From: Octopus sinensis
Taxonomy: Eukaryota
DNA: 64,000 nt
Assembly: GCF_006345805.1 (NCBI RefSeq)
Contig: NC_043008.1
Location: 32,922,001 to 32,986,000, forward strand
Reading direction: 5' to 3'
Notes under the pieces: model-generated
What the model was told of the DNA's origin: nothing
Databases searched by the model: none
Seen by the model: the letters and a program-made list of their open reading frames with translations, nothing else
Made by a program: the position numbers and the translations under genes
Shown here: in pieces, positions 61,854 through 64,000 of the stretch
How the letters are laid out: each line of letters begins with the position of its first letter
How positions within the stretch are numbered: the first letter of the stretch is position 1

Positions 61854-64000
61854 TAAAAAGCACTCAGCACACTCCCTAAAGTGGTTGGCATTAGGAAGGT
61901 CATCCAGCCATACAAACCATACCACAGCAGACAATTGGAATCTGGATAGCTCACTAGCTGGCCAGCTCCTATCAGACTGTCCAACTCATGCCAGCATGGA
62001 AAAAGGATATTAAATGATGATGATGACAACAGGCACAAAGTCAAATATTCTGGAAGAGGAGACAATCAGTTCTGTCATGATCAGTTCCATTGTGGACTTA
62101 TGACTGTAAGATTGCGGTTTCAATTCTTTGACTGGGCAACACATGTTCTTGATTAAACCACTTCATTTCACATTCCTCCAGTCCACTCAACCAGCAAAAA
62201 TGAATAATCCTGCAACAGACCAGTGTCCTACCCAGGTGGGGAATAAATATACCGTGGAAACTGGGAAACCGGCCTTAAGAGTGTATATGACTCAGGAAGG
62301 ATCTTTATTCTTTTTTCATTTTTTTTACTAGTAACTATTAGCATGGCGGTTAGGGTGTCAGCATCATGATCGTAAGATTGTGGTTTCAATTCCTGGAACA
62401 GGTGACACATCGTGTTCTTGAGCAAACACTTCATTTCATGTTGCTCCATTCCACTCAGCTGGCAAAAATGAGTAACGCTGCGATGGACTGGCATCCCGTC
62501 CAGCCGGGTAACACTTATGCCATAGAAACTGGGAAACCAGGCCCATGAGCCTGGCTAGGCCTTATAAGGGTGCATTTGAATTTGAGTAACTGCTATACAC
62601 TGGTGGAGCTGCTGACAATAATAATTGCAGTTTTCTTGATAGTCACCCTTTCAGACTTGGTAATAGCAATGGTAGTGATGGTTGTTGTATCATTACTGTT
62701 CCTGAAATTTCATTTCAAGGTTTCATTGATTTTATTAAGTGTCTTTTTCATTTTTTGATGCTACTGTTGTTGATGCTAATAATTATCTCATGTTTAGTCT
62801 CATTACCATTGTTGATGTTGATGGTGGTGGTGGAAGTTTTAGCTGATAGTTTGTTGCTATTTTGTGTGTTGCTCTACAATAGGATTTTGTTACCTTGCTG
62901 CCCACCCCCTTACTCCTCTAAACCTTAAAAATAAACATGAAACCAAGGATGTTGTTTCAATGAAGAAGAGACTTTGGGTGACAACTTCCTCGTGACTGAT
63001 TCTTTGCTGGCTGGTTGTAAAGGAACTAACTAACACTCTGGGATCTTGATGGGTGGTGCAACAAAATGCATAACAAAAATCCATTCAAAAATCCATAAAA
63101 GAGTAACAGGGGAAGGAGGACGATGATTAATTTTACTGCGCTTTTGATTTTGAGAAAAAATATATTTTTTACAACTTCTTGGTTTAGTGTTCTTCTGGTA
63201 ATCTTTTGTTCTTTTATTTGTTTCGGTTGTTTGACTGTAGCCATGCTGGAACACCACATTTTAGCCAAAGAAATCGACCCCTGGACTTATTCCCTGTAAG
63301 CCTGGTGCTTATTCTATCAGTTTCTTCTGCCAAACAGCTAAGTTACGGGGATGCAAACACACCAACATCGGTTGTCAAGTGATGGTGGTGGGGGGGGACA
63401 AACACAAATGCAAACACACACAAATAAATATATACATATAGATACATATATATATATATATATACATGACAGGCTTCTTTTAGTTTCCATCTATGAAATC
63501 CACTCATGAGGCTTTGGTCAGCCCGTTCGAATTTTGCATTAGTTTTTGTATGAAAAAAAAAATGGAAGGAAAGAAGGCTTTTTAGTAGTTTGTAGAGGAA
63601 ACATTAAATGTGCCTGAAAAAGAAACATGGTCTTTCCCCCCAACTAAAAGACATGAAGAACTATGAAAGAAAGCAAATAAGTACCGGGGGTTGGGGAAAG
63701 AAAAGAAAACTAACAGTCAATCGTTCTAGAACTCCTAGAATGAAAACGTAAACACCTGAAAGACTTTCCCTCTATTCATTACTAAATATCTTTCCTTCTT
63801 CTTCATTGTTAAAAGTAAAGAAGCTAGAAGAGATCAATCATATGTCAATCTAATTGTCATTTTAAATGACTGATGCTTCCCTTTCTCTGTCTCTATCGCT
63901 TCACTCCTTTTCTCTACGGTTAAGAGAATAAAGGTGCATGGCTCAGTAGTTAGAGGTATTCGGACCATGATCGTAAAGTCATGAGTACAATTCCTGGTGG

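Noticed and set aside
53097-64000. Searched for the next NCX exon (SW..QF, TM segments); candidates at ~59060 and ~60074
   Set aside because: Weak donors or in-frame stops and no NCX-like sequence; the next exon is presumably beyond the window or I missed it.

Overview
AT-rich, repeat-dense animal DNA. The (TA)n/(CA)n/(AAT)n load and the SINE types look like a coleoid cephalopod, probably Octopus (inferred from repeat style, not tested). None of the listed six-frame ORFs is a standalone host gene. The real content is the middle of one large, intron-rich + strand gene that I assembled by eye from 8 exons: 14794-14885, 37354-37441, 39717-39738, 42679-42864, 44056-44218, 45045-45168, 49753-49882 and 53006-53096. 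All have AG/GT boundaries and mutually compatible phases, giving 896 nt (about 298 aa) with no stop: (R)[298 protein letters not shown]. This is a helix resembling NCX 'FYRIQATRLMTGAGNILKRH' followed by two tandem Calx-beta domains, i.e. the cytoplasmic loop of a divergent Na+/Ca2+ exchanger (SLC8/NCX)-like protein. No transmembrane exons, start or stop were found in the window. Unusual points: most acidic Ca2+ ligands of both domains are replaced, and domain 1 carries a ~40-aa insertion partly encoded by a 22-nt microexon. The introns hold 3 full-length mariner relics plus a half copy (an inverted pair brackets the last exon), RTE, Tx1/L1 and R4/Dong-like LINE relics, piggyBac-like MITEs, many SINEs, several long hairpins and kb-scale TA arrays.
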